The notes beneath the pieces are model-generated. The model was not told where the DNA came from and ran no database searches. It saw only the letters and a program-made list of their open reading frames with translations. From contig CBDESZ010000033.1 of the NCBI GenBank assembly GCA_965242725.1, positions 1-27,424 on the forward strand: a DNA stretch of 27,424 nucleotides, given 5' to 3'. This document shows, in pieces, positions 26,107 to 27,424 of the stretch. Within the stretch, counting starts at the first letter, position 1. Each line of letters starts with the position of its first letter. This DNA is from Alkalispirochaeta sp. GTDB lineage: Bacteria > Spirochaetota > Spirochaetia > DSM-27196 > Alkalispirochaetaceae. The translations under genes and the position numbers were made by a program.

Positions 26107-27424
26107 TCACTGCGCCTCTATCAGGATCTTGTCAAAGGAGCGAATCTCCTGATCTTCCACCGTCTCCAGTCGCTGCGCGACCATCTGTCCATCGGACATG
26201 GCGAAACGCACCGATCCGATGTACTCATCGTCTCTGCGAAAGACATATCCCAGCGCCCCTTCCCGGACGTTTCGTATGCCTGCAATGTGAACGATGATTC
26301 TATCCTGATCCCGGGGATCGAGCACGTAGCCGGTTTCTCCATTGATTCTCGTCAGTTCGTCCAATCCGTACCGGAATTCTTCGATCTGCTGCTTCTGATC
26401 CGCAATGATCCCGTCCCGATGGACAACCTCGTCGCGCAACCCCGTCCACAACTGCTCATAGCGCAGAACAACGTCGTAAATCCTGCCTTCCAGCTGCTCC
26501 ATCGCCGTGTCGACGGAGTTTTCGTAGGGAATTTCCTGCATGCGATTGATGATGCGCCGTATCTCGTCGTAGCGACGCTGAAGCTCTCCATATTCGCCCT
26601 GCGAGGCAACCCCTACGGACCCCAGCGTCGATGCATAGGGACGGAGGGCGCCAAAGGTACGGCGATCCGCCGGGAGGGACCGGTTCAGAAGATTTCCGAC
26701 GGAACTTTCAAATACGGGATTGTACCGTTCATACATCGATTCTACTTCCTGCCGGTGCTGCTCCCGCAATGCCGCCAGCTCTTCGGCGTGCCGCCTGCGA
26801 ATTGTCTCTTCAAACTCCCGCTGAAAGGACTCAAGACGCTCGATTTCAGACTCGTATGACGCGGTGAGACGGGTGATTTCCGCTTCATAACTGTTGCGGA
26901 TCTCCTGCTGCTCCAGTTCCGCGATACGCTGCTGGTTGTTCAGAATCTCTTCCTGCTCCCGCGCCTGTTCGAGCTGCCGCGAGTCGTACTGGGCAATCCG
27001 TTCCTGCAGATCCTGTATGCGCGCCTCAACTTCAGCAATGCGGGGGTCATATTCGGCGCGAATACTCTCTACCTCCGATTCCGCCTGGGCCATAAGCTCG
27101 TTTTCCCGGGAGGCGAGGTTTGCGGCGCTCAATCCCTGATTCGCCAGAAGTTGAATACCCCGATCCCGTTCGCGGTGAACACTTTCAATGGCGCCGGCCA
27201 TTTCATTCTGCAGTTGCTGCAACTCCCGTTCCGCCTGATCCAGCTCATTCTGAAGTCGCTGCGCCTCATCCAGCACTTCCCGGAGATTGACGTCGGCAAA
27301 ATCGTCGATATTGACCTGTATGGATCGACTTGCCGTCTGAATGTAGCGGGTGACCCCGACTACAACGACGAGAAAAAGGGCGATAAGACCGAGAATGACA
27401 CCGGGAACGACGATGCTGCGGTTC
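26107..27424 (-). CDS. Membrane-anchored long coiled-coil protein with a small C-terminal beta domain; 5'-truncated by the window edge
   Basis: The frame stays open from 27276 to the window end and encodes a TM helix (SIVVPGVILGLIALFLVVVVGV); E/Q/R-rich heptads; beta-rich final ~75 aa. Confidence 0.72.
   Translation of the reverse strand, partial: NRSIVVPGVILGLIALFLVVVVGVTRYIQTASRSIQVNIDDFADVNLREVLDEAQRLQNELDQAERELQQLQNEMAGAIESVHRERDRGIQLLANQGLSAANLASRENELMAQAESEVESIRAEYDPRIAEVEARIQDLQERIAQYDSRQLEQAREQEEILNNQQRIAELEQQEIRNSYEAEITRLTASYESEIERLESFQREFEETIRRRHAEELAALREQHRQEVESMYERYNPVFESSVGNLLNRSLPADRRTFGALRPYASTLGSVGVASQGEYGELQRRYDEIRRIINRMQEIPYENSVDTAMEQLEGRIYDVVLRYEQLWTGLRDEVVHRDGIIADQKQQIEEFRYGLDELTRINGETGYVLDPRDQDRIIVHIAGIRNVREGALGYVFRRDDEYIGSVRFAMSDGQMVAQRLETVEDQEIRSFDKILIEAQ

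Noticed and set aside
25560..26859. Plus-strand ORFs of 245 and 370 aa
   Set aside because: Opposite two minus-strand genes that have RBS, signal/TM segments and coherent composition; no motifs of their own.

Overview
Bacterial chromosomal window, most likely from a free-living spirochaete. This is inferred from a Spirochaetales-type '..VFASGQGE' binding-protein leader, a stand-alone EF-G of the spirochaete/planctomycete/deltaproteobacterial (mitochondrial EF-G1-like) type, and the carD context. From left to right: (1) the 5'-truncated end of a YlbE/DUF1116 gene carrying an FdrA-like C-terminal segment; (2) a sugar-sensing and uptake locus made of an accessory binding protein, a LytS/YesM-type kinase, a YesN/AraC response regulator, a XylF-like lipoprotein and ChvE/GguA/GguB, closed by an intrinsic terminator; (3) a ~1.34 kb IS1-related element with terminal inverted repeats, subterminal inverted motif copies, no visible target-site duplication and an atypical N-x-x-D catalytic helix; (4) a YtrA-type GntR operon with a perfect 15-bp palindromic operator, encoding a multi-TM SPFH protein, a LolD/MacB-type ATPase, two FtsX/LolCE-type permeases, a LolA-like protein and a putative outer-membrane beta-barrel, with seven single-base frameshifts clustered in 1.4 kb; (5) an MCP, carD and nth, where the MCP and carD both look leaderless; (6) on the minus strand, two exported coiled-coil proteins, fusA and a coupled RecA/KaiC-fold ATPase. 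No rRNA, tRNA or CRISPR array was seen. The best candidates for undescribed biology are the IS1-related element, the GntR-SPFH-ABC-LolA-like-barrel cassette and the EF-G1/ATPase pair. All family assignments come from motif recognition by eye, not database searches.
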